A DNA stretch of 20,004 bases, from assembly GCA_964592405.1 (NCBI GenBank), contig CAZQBY010000014.1, forward strand, positions 1 through 20,004, read 5' to 3'. The position numbers were made by a program, and so were the translations under genes. The DNA is from an uncultured archaeon (GTDB lineage: Archaea; Altiarchaeota; Altiarchaeia; JAFGQM01). The notes beneath the pieces were generated by a model. The model saw only the letters and a list, made by a program, of their open reading frames with translations, did not search any database and was not told where the DNA came from. Numbering within the stretch: position 1 is the stretch's first letter; each line of letters begins with the position of its first letter. Positions 1-7,326 of this stretch are shown here, in pieces.

Positions 1-2
1 TC

Positions 3-44
3 GCCGAGGGTCCCTGCAGCTTCGCTGCAGGTCTGACCTCGGCG
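3..44 (+). repeat. tRNA-acceptor-stem-like hairpin element
   Basis: GCCGAGG (3-9) pairs with CCTCGGC (37-43), followed by G44; inner perfect stem CCTGCAGC-TTC-GCTGCAGG (13-31). Same architecture as the cassettes around the tRNA-Ser at 19617-19929. Confidence 0.6.
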
Positions 45-52
45 TGTTTATC

Positions 53-60
53 TTTTAAAA
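53..60 (+). promoter_or_regulatory. Putative TATA box for the GNAT-like ORF (leaderless)
   Basis: TTTTAAAA ending about 24 nt before ATG 84, the archaeal leaderless spacing. Confidence 0.35.
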
Positions 61-83
61 TCTCTGGATATAATTAATGCAGC

Positions 84-527
84 ATGCCTCCAAGGCACAA
101 AGGCCCAAAGAAGATCGACAAGTTCTGTTGGGCAAGGGATTTCAGACCGGAGAAGAGGGCACAGTTTGGCACTTATGAGCTTGCAGACCCGAAGAACACC
201 TTTGTAGCAACCTCCGGCAACAGGATAGTGGGTATTGCCCGATTTTCCATCGTAAACGGAAAGCACGTTCTTACTGGTATTTCAATGATGCCCGAGTTCC
301 GCGGCCATCAAAGCCGCGACCTCCTAATAAAGGCTGTGAAAGCCCGGTTTGACGACCACCCGGAAATCGGGGCTGTCTATGGGATATCTGCCAAGATATT
401 GTCTGCAGGGGGCAGAGAGAAGCTCTCCAGATGGTTTGAGATGTGTGGCGCCGACCCAATCAGTCATCGCCACTTCACACACAGGATTACCCGGTCCAAG
501 TTCTTCGCACGCTATCCCCCAAAATAG
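84..527 (+). CDS. Hypothetical protein, probable GNAT-fold acetyltransferase
   Basis: 147 aa; FVAxxGNRIVGIA beta-hairpin, then VLTGISMMPEFRG resembling GNAT beta4/motif A (degenerate after RG), and a late WFEMCG resembling the FYxKxGF motif. Confidence 0.55.
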   Translation: MPPRHKGPKKIDKFCWARDFRPEKRAQFGTYELADPKNTFVATSGNRIVGIARFSIVNGKHVLTGISMMPEFRGHQSRDLLIKAVKARFDDHPEIGAVYGISAKILSAGGREKLSRWFEMCGADPISHRHFTHRITRSKFFARYPPK

Positions 528-534
528 GTAGCCA

Positions 535-550
535 CCGAACGTTTTTATAG
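535..550 (+). promoter_or_regulatory. BRE/TATA promoter of the S10-spc operon
   Basis: CCGAACG followed by TTTTTATA (542-549), upstream of the uL3 leader. Confidence 0.55.
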
Positions 551-571
551 GGACTGCTTCTAATTAACCGC

Positions 572-579
572 TTTTTTTT
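572..579 (+). terminator. Oligo-T tract, possible terminator of the GNAT-like gene
   Basis: T8 run 45 nt after the stop codon at 527; archaeal terminators are U-tracts. Confidence 0.35.
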
Positions 580-722
580 CTGGCGTTGAATCGAAGCATC
601 CGTCCAAGCGCAGACGCAGTTGCGTCCATGTCTACAATCATATTCAAAAGTAATAAGAGGGTATCCCGAGCCCGGTGGGTTGCGAAGCAACCGCCAACAG
701 GGTACAGGGATGATAATCCCAT

Positions 723-1721
723 ATGGCGAAATACCACAAGCCGAGGGCCGGATCAATCGGCTACTCGCCAAGGGTCAGGGCGAAGAAGCAGACGCCCAGT
801 ATAGGCAATTACCTGCCCAGTCAGGAGGCTGCCCCTTTGGGCTTCCTCTGCTACAAGGCAGGCATGACTCATGTAATCGCCAAAGACCTTGCCAAAAACT
901 CCCCAACCCATAATCTTGACGTCCGGATCCCTGTTACAATCCTCGACTGTCCCCCCCTGACTGTCATTGGCATTCGTGCTTACATCAACGGCTATAATGG
1001 CTTGGAAGTGCTCACGGATGCCCTAGCTGAGAAGCTCGACAAGGACCTGGCCCGTGCAATGTCCATACCAAAGCAGCCCAAGACCCGGCAGAACATCAAA
1101 AAAATCGAGGATAATATAGATGCTGTGGTCAGGATAACCCTTCTGATAGCCACCCAGCCGAGAAAATCAGGTGTGGGGAAGAAGAAGCCAGACATTATGG
1201 AGATTCCACTGGGCGGCGATGTTGCTGCACAACTGGAATATGCAAAGAAAATGCTCGGCAGTGAGATAACCATCCGCGACGTCTTTAACGAGTCTGAGAC
1301 GGTCGATGTGCTGGCTGTCACGAAGGGAAAGGGCTTTCAAGGGCCCGTCAAGAGGTGGGGCATCAAGATACAAAAAAGAAAAGCCAAGCGGACTGCCCAC
1401 ACAAGGCATGTCGGTTCCATAGGCGGCTGGACTCCGGGAAACCTGAGCTGGCTGACGCCAATGGCGGGCCAGACAGGATATCACAACCGCGTTGACTTCA
1501 ACAAATTCATAATCAAAATAGGTGAGAAAGGAGATGGTATAAATCCGAAGGGCGGGTTTGTCGGATATGGACCAATAAAGGGAGATTATCTCCTTGTCAA
1601 GGGATCGGTTCCCGGTCCTAGGAAACGGGCTGTTGCCCTGAGGAAGGCTATAAGAAATCCGAACAAGACCTATCCCCTCTCGATTGAGTATATCTCATTG
1701 GCATCTCCACAAGGCACATGA
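723..1721 (+). CDS. rpl3: 50S ribosomal protein uL3
   Basis: PRAGSIGYSPRVRA, YKAGMTH, VTKGKGFQGPVKRWG, GSVPGPRKR: archaeal L3 motifs; first gene of the operon. Confidence 0.99.
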   Translation: MAKYHKPRAGSIGYSPRVRAKKQTPSIGNYLPSQEAAPLGFLCYKAGMTHVIAKDLAKNSPTHNLDVRIPVTILDCPPLTVIGIRAYINGYNGLEVLTDALAEKLDKDLARAMSIPKQPKTRQNIKKIEDNIDAVVRITLLIATQPRKSGVGKKKPDIMEIPLGGDVAAQLEYAKKMLGSEITIRDVFNESETVDVLAVTKGKGFQGPVKRWGIKIQKRKAKRTAHTRHVGSIGGWTPGNLSWLTPMAGQTGYHNRVDFNKFIIKIGEKGDGINPKGGFVGYGPIKGDYLLVKGSVPGPRKRAVALRKAIRNPNKTYPLSIEYISLASPQGT

Positions 1722-2704
1722 TGGCCGGCAAAAAGACTGCAAGGAAAGGAGCAGATGCTGGAGCCAGGACCGGCAAAAAGTCTGCAGAGGGCAGCAAGCC
1801 CAAAGCAGAAACATACACAGGCATGCGGCAGAAAGAAACAAAAAAGACAGAAATAAAGAAGCCTGGAACAGGGAGGAAAAAGACAGGGAAGACAAAGAGC
1901 GTGCCTGGCAGGAAGGCGAAGGTATTTTCTCTCAGGGGGACCCATAAGGGTGATATAAACCTCCCCGAAGTGTTTGGCACGGAATACCGGCCGGATCTGA
2001 TACGGCGGGCCGTGGTATTTGAACACTCACTCATGAGGCAGCCGTATGGTTCCGATCCGCGGGCAGGTTTTAGATCCACTGCCGACTACTATTCAAGGAG
2101 GAGGGGATATTATAGGCTAACTGTCAATCGCGGCATGTCAAGACTGCCTCGCCAGAAGCGCCCGGGAGGAGGTCTTGGCGAGGTTCGTGTTGTTCCACAG
2201 GCGAGGGGCGGTCACCGTGCCCATCCGCCAAAGGCAGAGAAGAGGCTGGCAAAGAAGATGAACGAGAGAGAGTGGATACTTGCCCTAAAATCAGCTATTG
2301 CAGCCACTGCCGATGCCGAACTGGTAACAGGCGACGGCAGACATCATGTCATTGATACTAGTAATCTGACATTACCCCTTATAGTGGAGGCTTCATTTGA
2401 ATCCATAAAGAAGGCAGGGGAGGTCCATAGCATATTTGAGAAATTGGGCCTTGCTGATGATGTCAAGCGTGCAGCCAACAAAAAAACCAAGGCGGGCAGG
2501 GCAAGAACCGGTAAAAGGAGGTTCAGAAAATCCGTCTTGGTTGTGGTTTCTGACAACTGTCCGGTGATGAACGCTGCCAGGAACCTGGCTGGTGTGGATG
2601 TGGTTGATGCCGACGGGCTGAATGTAGCACTCCTTGCACCCGGGGGACATCCGGGGAGGCTGACGCTGTGGACTGAAGGTGCAATTGAAAAGATATCCTC
2701 GTGA
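1718..2704 (+). CDS. rpl4: 50S ribosomal protein uL4 with about 65 aa Lys-rich N-terminal extension
   Basis: YRPDLIRRAV, GGHRAHPPK, ARNLAGVDVV, LAPGGHPGRLTLWTE; ATGA overlap with the uL3 stop. Confidence 0.98.
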   Translation: MMAGKKTARKGADAGARTGKKSAEGSKPKAETYTGMRQKETKKTEIKKPGTGRKKTGKTKSVPGRKAKVFSLRGTHKGDINLPEVFGTEYRPDLIRRAVVFEHSLMRQPYGSDPRAGFRSTADYYSRRRGYYRLTVNRGMSRLPRQKRPGGGLGEVRVVPQARGGHRAHPPKAEKRLAKKMNEREWILALKSAIAATADAELVTGDGRHHVIDTSNLTLPLIVEASFESIKKAGEVHSIFEKLGLADDVKRAANKKTKAGRARTGKRRFRKSVLVVVSDNCPVMNAARNLAGVDVVDADGLNVALLAPGGHPGRLTLWTEGAIEKISS

Positions 2705-2706
2705 AA

Positions 2707-2958
2707 ATGAAAGTCCTGTTATATCCAATACTGACCGAAAAGTCGTTTGATCTGCTGGAAAGGGAGAACAAAGTGGTATTTGCGGTGGACAGAGCTGCAA
2801 CCAAAATCGACATAAGGGATGCGGTTGAGAAGAATTATGAAGTCAAGGTGGACACGGTCAACATAATCAATGATTTCCGGAGGGAGAAAAAGGCAATAGT
2901 TAAGCTGAAGCCGGACTTTGATGCAGGCAAGATAATCTCGGATCTGGGTTTGATGTGA
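2707..2958 (+). CDS. rpl23: 50S ribosomal protein uL23
   Basis: PILTEKS, ENKVVFAVDRAATK, KKAIVKL; ATG 2707 preferred, GTG 2701 possible. Confidence 0.97.
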   Translation: MKVLLYPILTEKSFDLLERENKVVFAVDRAATKIDIRDAVEKNYEVKVDTVNIINDFRREKKAIVKLKPDFDAGKIISDLGLM

Positions 2959-2991
2959 TGTTTTGATGTAATAAAAGATGAATAATAAAAG

Positions 2992-3735
2992 ATGGGCAAG
3001 AGACTAATACAACAGGCGAGGGGCAAGGGAGGGCCACCATATGCTGCACCCAGTCACCGCTTTGTTTCAGATTGCAGATACATGGGCCTTGATGAATTCA
3101 AAAAGGGAGGAATTATGCAGGTTGTTGACCTCATATCCGACCCCGTCAGAAGCGCACCCCTGATGAAGCTGATAAATGAGGATTTTCAGGAGGTTTATAT
3201 GATAGCTCCCTCTGGTATAAGGGTCGGCGATATCATAGAATTTGGAGAATCGGCGCCCCTAGGGCCGGGAAACATCCTCCCGGTGGGCAGGATAACCGAG
3301 GGGACACCCATCTACAACATTGAGCTGGTCCCCGGAGACGGCGGCAAGCTGGTCCGGTCTTCCGGCTCGGCAGCCTATGTGCTTTCTCAGGATCAGGAGC
3401 GAAGAAAGACTGTTATAAAGCTGCCATCCAAGAGAAAGGTGGATGTGGAGTTTGGTTGCAGAGCGACTATCGGGACAATAGCCGGAAGTGGCAGGCCGGA
3501 TAAGCCTTTTGTCAAGGCAGGAGCGCGCTACAAGGATCAGAAATCTCGCGGAAAGCTCTATCCACGGACCTCTGCGACCGCTATGAATGCAATAGATCAC
3601 CCATTCGGAGGCAGGACCAACATAGGAAGGTCAAGCTCATCCAAGAAAAACGCTCCGCCCGGCGCCAAAGTCGGCAAGATAGCCCCAAGACGGACGGGCG
3701 TGCGGAGGAGTAGGGCTAAAGAACAGAACAAATAA
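2992..3735 (+). CDS. rpl2: 50S ribosomal protein uL2
   Basis: MGKRLIQQARGKG, NIELVPGDGGKLVRSSG, MNAIDHPFGG, APPGAKVGKIAPRRTG. Confidence 0.99.
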   Translation: MGKRLIQQARGKGGPPYAAPSHRFVSDCRYMGLDEFKKGGIMQVVDLISDPVRSAPLMKLINEDFQEVYMIAPSGIRVGDIIEFGESAPLGPGNILPVGRITEGTPIYNIELVPGDGGKLVRSSGSAAYVLSQDQERRKTVIKLPSKRKVDVEFGCRATIGTIAGSGRPDKPFVKAGARYKDQKSRGKLYPRTSATAMNAIDHPFGGRTNIGRSSSSKKNAPPGAKVGKIAPRRTGVRRSRAKEQNK

Positions 3736-3737
3736 CA

Positions 3738-4139
3738 ATGGCTAAGAAAGAATTCAGATACCGTGGAAAATCCCTCGCGGAGCTGCAGGCCATGGATATA
3801 GAGGAATTCATAGCTCTCCTGCCGTCAAGGCAAAAAAGGAGTGTGAAAAGGATGCTGGCTGCCAAGGAGAGTGATGAACGGCTGAAACTCTACAAGGCCC
3901 TTAAAAAGGGCAGGAAGGGGAGGATAAAGACCCATTGCAGAGACTTTGTAATACTGCCCGAGATGGTCGGTATGAGGATAGCTGTCCACAACGGAAAGGA
4001 GTTCAAGGAAATTGAGATAAAGGAGAAGATGATAGGACACTTCTTGGGCGAATTCGCACTTACAAGGGTATTCCTAAAACATTCTACTCCTGGTATTGGA
4101 GCATCCAGGTCTACCAAATTTGTATCAGTAAGAGCATGA
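3738..4139 (+). CDS. rps19: 30S ribosomal protein uS19
   Basis: EFRYRGK, KTHCRDFVILPEMVG, MIGHFLGEFALTR, GIGASRS. Confidence 0.99.
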   Translation: MAKKEFRYRGKSLAELQAMDIEEFIALLPSRQKRSVKRMLAAKESDERLKLYKALKKGRKGRIKTHCRDFVILPEMVGMRIAVHNGKEFKEIEIKEKMIGHFLGEFALTRVFLKHSTPGIGASRSTKFVSVRA

Positions 4140-4588
4140 AGGTTGGTTATGCATATATTCCGGAAAGTGAGGGTTTTGTGGCCAAGGCTACTGGAAAGGA
4201 GATGCGGGTCAAATTCAAGGACTGTGTGGAGATATGTGCAGCCATCAGGGGTATGAAGGCCATAAAGGCGCGTGAATATCTGCAGTCTGTTATTGACGGT
4301 TCCGCACTCATACCAATAAAGAAGGCAAAGAAGCTAGGTCCGCACAAGCCGGGCATGAAACCCTCTGGTAGACGACCAGTCAAAGCTGTCAGGGCGGTAT
4401 TGAATGTTCTGAATTCTGCTGTGTCAAATGCGGAGTTCCGCGGTCTGGATGTCGACAGCTGTATGGTTGTTTCGGCACTGGCACAAAGGGGGCGTAAGCT
4501 CAGAAGGGTGAAACCAAAGGGCAGATATGCCCTCTATGCTGTTCCATTAACCACAGTCCAGATAGTCTTGGAGGAAATATCAGAATAA
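4136..4588 (+). CDS. rpl22: 50S ribosomal protein uL22
   Basis: EICAAIRGM, GRRPVKA, SAVSNAEFRGLD; position between uS19 and uS3. Confidence 0.96.
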   Translation: MKVGYAYIPESEGFVAKATGKEMRVKFKDCVEICAAIRGMKAIKAREYLQSVIDGSALIPIKKAKKLGPHKPGMKPSGRRPVKAVRAVLNVLNSAVSNAEFRGLDVDSCMVVSALAQRGRKLRRVKPKGRYALYAVPLTTVQIVLEEISE

Positions 4589-5604
4589 TGGCAATTGAAC
4601 GTCTTTTTGTTGGAGAGGGTGTGAAGGAAGCCGAAGTGAAGAGGTATCTCTTCAAGGAGCTGAAGAGGGCCGGTCTTGCGGGTATTGTCATACAGAGGAC
4701 ACCGCTCGTTACCAGAATAGTGGTCTACTGTGATCGCCCTGCTCTGGTTATAGGTCGCAAGGGGTCCAATGTCCGGGAGATAACACGCCTGATAGAGCAA
4801 AACTATAAGATAGAAAAGCCCGAGATAGAAGTCAAGAAGGTGGACAATCCAAACCTTGAGCCGAATATAGTCGCATACAGGATTGCATCCGCACTGGAGA
4901 GGGGGATGAATGCAAGAAAAGTTGGCTATAAGGCCCTTCAGGCTGTGATGAGAAGCGGAGCCAAGGGGGTTGAAATAGTCCTGTCCGGAAAACTGGTTGG
5001 CAAGGGCGGGCGCTCAAGGGTGCTGAAGATGAAGGCCGGCTATCTGAAGAAGTGTGGAAGACCCTCCATAGAGCAGGTGATGCATGGAAGCACCATAGCC
5101 ACGTGCAAACCCGGCATTATTGGGGTTGAGGTTTCAATAGTCCCAAGGAATGTTCACTTCCCGGATGAAATAAGCATCATAAGACCGGAGGATCTGAAGA
5201 TAGAGGAGGAGGTGGTTGGGGAAGAGGAACAAAAGATGCCGGAGAAAACCTCTGGGGAGAAAATAGCCGCCAATGAAAAGGCAGAGGAAAAGGCAGGGGA
5301 AAAGGCGGAGGAAAAGGCAAAGGAGATGGCAGAGAAAGGGAAGACAGAAAAGAAAACAGAGAAGAAGGAACAGAAGACAAAGGAAAAGGAAGCCGAGAAG
5401 AAAGAGGAGAAAAAGTCAACAAAAAAGGCAGAAAAAAAATCAGCAAAGAAAGGGGCAGAGCCGGTGAAGGGTAACGCTGCGGAAAAGAAATCTGTTATAA
5501 AAAAGGAGAGGGGCTCAAAGAAATCAGTTCCAAAAAAACCGACCGTGAAAAAAACCACCAAAATCACCAAGACCAAAACCGCCAAAACCACTGCGAAGAA
5601 ATAA
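4588..5604 (+). CDS. rps3: 30S ribosomal protein uS3 with about 140 aa E/K-rich C-terminal tail
   Basis: KH domain (RPALVIGRKGSNV), GAKGVEIVLSGK, KPGIIGVEVSI...PDEI, then a low-complexity tail. Confidence 0.98.
   Translation: MAIERLFVGEGVKEAEVKRYLFKELKRAGLAGIVIQRTPLVTRIVVYCDRPALVIGRKGSNVREITRLIEQNYKIEKPEIEVKKVDNPNLEPNIVAYRIASALERGMNARKVGYKALQAVMRSGAKGVEIVLSGKLVGKGGRSRVLKMKAGYLKKCGRPSIEQVMHGSTIATCKPGIIGVEVSIVPRNVHFPDEISIIRPEDLKIEEEVVGEEEQKMPEKTSGEKIAANEKAEEKAGEKAEEKAKEMAEKGKTEKKTEKKEQKTKEKEAEKKEEKKSTKKAEKKSAKKGAEPVKGNAAEKKSVIKKERGSKKSVPKKPTVKKTTKITKTKTAKTTAKK
5275..5334 (+). repeat. 12-bp coding tandem repeat (5 units, EKAx) in the uS3 tail
   Basis: gaaaaggcagag gaaaaggcaggg gaaaaggcggag gaaaaggcaaag gagatggcagag. 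Confidence 0.85.
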
Positions 5605-5605
5605 G

Positions 5606-5818
5606 ATGGCGATATTGAGACTAACGGAAATCAGGGAAATGTCGGAGGAGCAGATAGAGGAAAAACTTGTGGAGCTCTCAACCGAGCTGGGCAAGATGAA
5701 GAGTCAGGTTCGGTCCGGGGGAGCTCCGGAGAATCCGGGCAGGATGAGGGAGATAAGAAGGACCATTGCCCGGCTGGAGACCATAAGGGCCGAAAGAGCA
5801 AAAACAAAGACCAAATGA
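5606..5818 (+). CDS. rpl29: 50S ribosomal protein uL29
   Basis: MAILRLTEIREMS, GGAPENPGRMREIRRTIARLET. Confidence 0.98.
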   Translation: MAILRLTEIREMSEEQIEEKLVELSTELGKMKSQVRSGGAPENPGRMREIRRTIARLETIRAERAKTKTK

Positions 5819-5823
5819 CAAGC

Positions 5824-5838
5824 AAACATATTTATATA
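5824..5838 (+). promoter_or_regulatory. Internal TATA box upstream of aIF1/SUI1
   Basis: TTTATATA (5831-5838) with A-rich upstream context, in a 50-nt AT-rich gap about 30 nt before ATG 5869. Confidence 0.55.
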
Positions 5839-5868
5839 CCCTCATTATCAAACTAACAACACCAAATA

Positions 5869-6168
5869 ATGTCAGACATCTGCAACAAGTGCGGACTGCC
5901 AAAAGAACTCTGTGCCTGTGGCGAAATTTCCAAGCAGCAGGCCAGAGTCACTATCCGGTCCGAGAAGCGAAGGTATAACAAGCAGATGACACTGGTCGAG
6001 GGGCTGGATTCCGGCCAAAAAGAGGTTATGAAGAAACTGAAGGCCAAATTGGCCTGTGGCGGAACAGTAAAAGACGGCGTCATCGAATTGCAGGGCCAGC
6101 ATGTACAAAAGACCAAGGAAATCCTTATCTCAATGGGTTTCCCTGAGAATACAATAGAGGCATCATAA
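5869..6168 (+). CDS. sui1: Translation initiation factor aIF1 (SUI1 family)
   Basis: CxxCGLPKELCxC Zn knuckle, LKAKLACGGTVKDGVIELQG. Confidence 0.97.
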   Translation: MSDICNKCGLPKELCACGEISKQQARVTIRSEKRRYNKQMTLVEGLDSGQKEVMKKLKAKLACGGTVKDGVIELQGQHVQKTKEILISMGFPENTIEAS

Positions 6169-6275
6169 GTACATCATAGCCTCTAAACCTTGAAACTCAA
6201 GCCCCTGCAGAAGGACCGGGTCTGGAGAGGCCATACTGGAATGTATCAAACCCTGCAGACCCACAGACACAAGGA

Positions 6276-6560
6276 ATGGCGATAACACCTTATAATATAT
6301 TAAGGCATGAGCTGATTGGTCTGCGCGCCAAAGTCGCGGAGTCCAGAGATCCGGGCCTTGTGGGAGTATCAGGTGTCATAACAGACGAAACCAAGAACAC
6401 CATCACGCTCAAGGGGCCGAAAGGCTCCAAAAAGGTTGCGAAAGAGCAAGTCACTCTTTCGATCCACACTGACAGTGGTGATGAGCTGCTGGTCAATGGG
6501 TCGCTACTTCTGGGCAGACCCGAGGAGCGCATAAAAAAGAAGATCAGGATAATCTTCTGA
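6276..6560 (+). CDS. rnp1: RNase P protein subunit Rpp29 (POP4)
   Basis: ITPYNILRHELIGL, GVITDETKNT, GRPEERIKK; canonical position before uS17. Confidence 0.97.
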   Translation: MAITPYNILRHELIGLRAKVAESRDPGLVGVSGVITDETKNTITLKGPKGSKKVAKEQVTLSIHTDSGDELLVNGSLLLGRPEERIKKKIRIIF

Positions 6561-6592
6561 TTGCGCTTCTTTAGTAGGAAAGTTATGTTTGC

Positions 6593-6925
6593 ATGAAAGC
6601 AGATAATCAGATGGCTGAAAAAGCTAAAGGAGGTATTGTTTCCCGGGAGGGGATATCCACCCGCGGCGCAGTGTTAGAGGGTGTTGTAGTCAGTGATAAG
6701 ATGCAGAAGACTGTTACAGTCAGAATCGAATATATTGTGAAGGTGCCAAAATACGAGAGAATGAAACGGCGCCATTCAAAAATAAAAGCCCGCAATCCTC
6801 CGGAGATCGGGGCGAAGGTCGGCGACGTTGTGAAAATCGCCGAATGCCGCCCGCTCTCAAAAACAGTCCATTTCATTGTTATTGAAAAGAAACAACCTGC
6901 AGAAAAGAAACAAGCCAAGAAATAA
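6593..6925 (+). CDS. rps17: 30S ribosomal protein uS17
   Basis: RGAVLEGVVVSDKMQKTVTV, KYER, GDVVKIAECRPLSKT; start may be ATG 6611. Confidence 0.97.
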   Translation: MKADNQMAEKAKGGIVSREGISTRGAVLEGVVVSDKMQKTVTVRIEYIVKVPKYERMKRRHSKIKARNPPEIGAKVGDVVKIAECRPLSKTVHFIVIEKKQPAEKKQAKK

Positions 6926-6926
6926 A

Positions 6927-7325
6927 ATGCTCGGAATCTCATCCAAAATCTCAAGGCCTCTTCCGATAGGGGCTCAGCTGACAGTAGCTGACAATACCGG
7001 CGCACGCATATTTGAGATTATGGCAGTCAGCGGATATAAAAGCAAGAGGAGGAGACTTCCTGCGGCCGGAATAGGGGATCTCATAATAGGTTCAGTCAAG
7101 AGGGGCAAGCCGGAGATGATGCATCAGGTCCTCAAGGCCGTTGTAATACGCCAGAAGAAGGAATACAGGCGTCCGGATGGAACTCGTGTGAGCTTTGCTG
7201 ACAATGCCTGTGTCATAGTGGATGATGAGGGTAAGCCAAAAGGAACGGAGATAAAGGGTCCTGTAGCCAAGGAGGTTTTGGAGAGGTGGAGGAAAATAGG
7301 GAGCAATGCCAGGATAGTAGTATAA
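6927..7325 (+). CDS. rpl14: 50S ribosomal protein uL14
   Basis: ADNTGA, AVVIRQKKEYRRPDG, FADNACVI, IKGPVAKE; start reassigned to ATG 6927, one base after the uS17 stop. Confidence 0.98.
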   Translation: MLGISSKISRPLPIGAQLTVADNTGARIFEIMAVSGYKSKRRRLPAAGIGDLIIGSVKRGKPEMMHQVLKAVVIRQKKEYRRPDGTRVSFADNACVIVDDEGKPKGTEIKGPVAKEVLERWRKIGSNARIVV

Positions 7326-7326
7326 A

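Noticed and set aside
586-913. ORFs 586-804 and 620-913 as leader peptides
   Set aside because: TTG starts, out-of-frame overlap with rpl3, no recognisable motif.
5154-5591. F/S-rich hydrophobic minus-strand ORFs (also 1648-2079, 7551-7913, 10040-10500, 16623-17111)
   Set aside because: Antisense to A/G-rich Lys/Glu tails, which lack reverse-strand stops and mimic membrane proteins.
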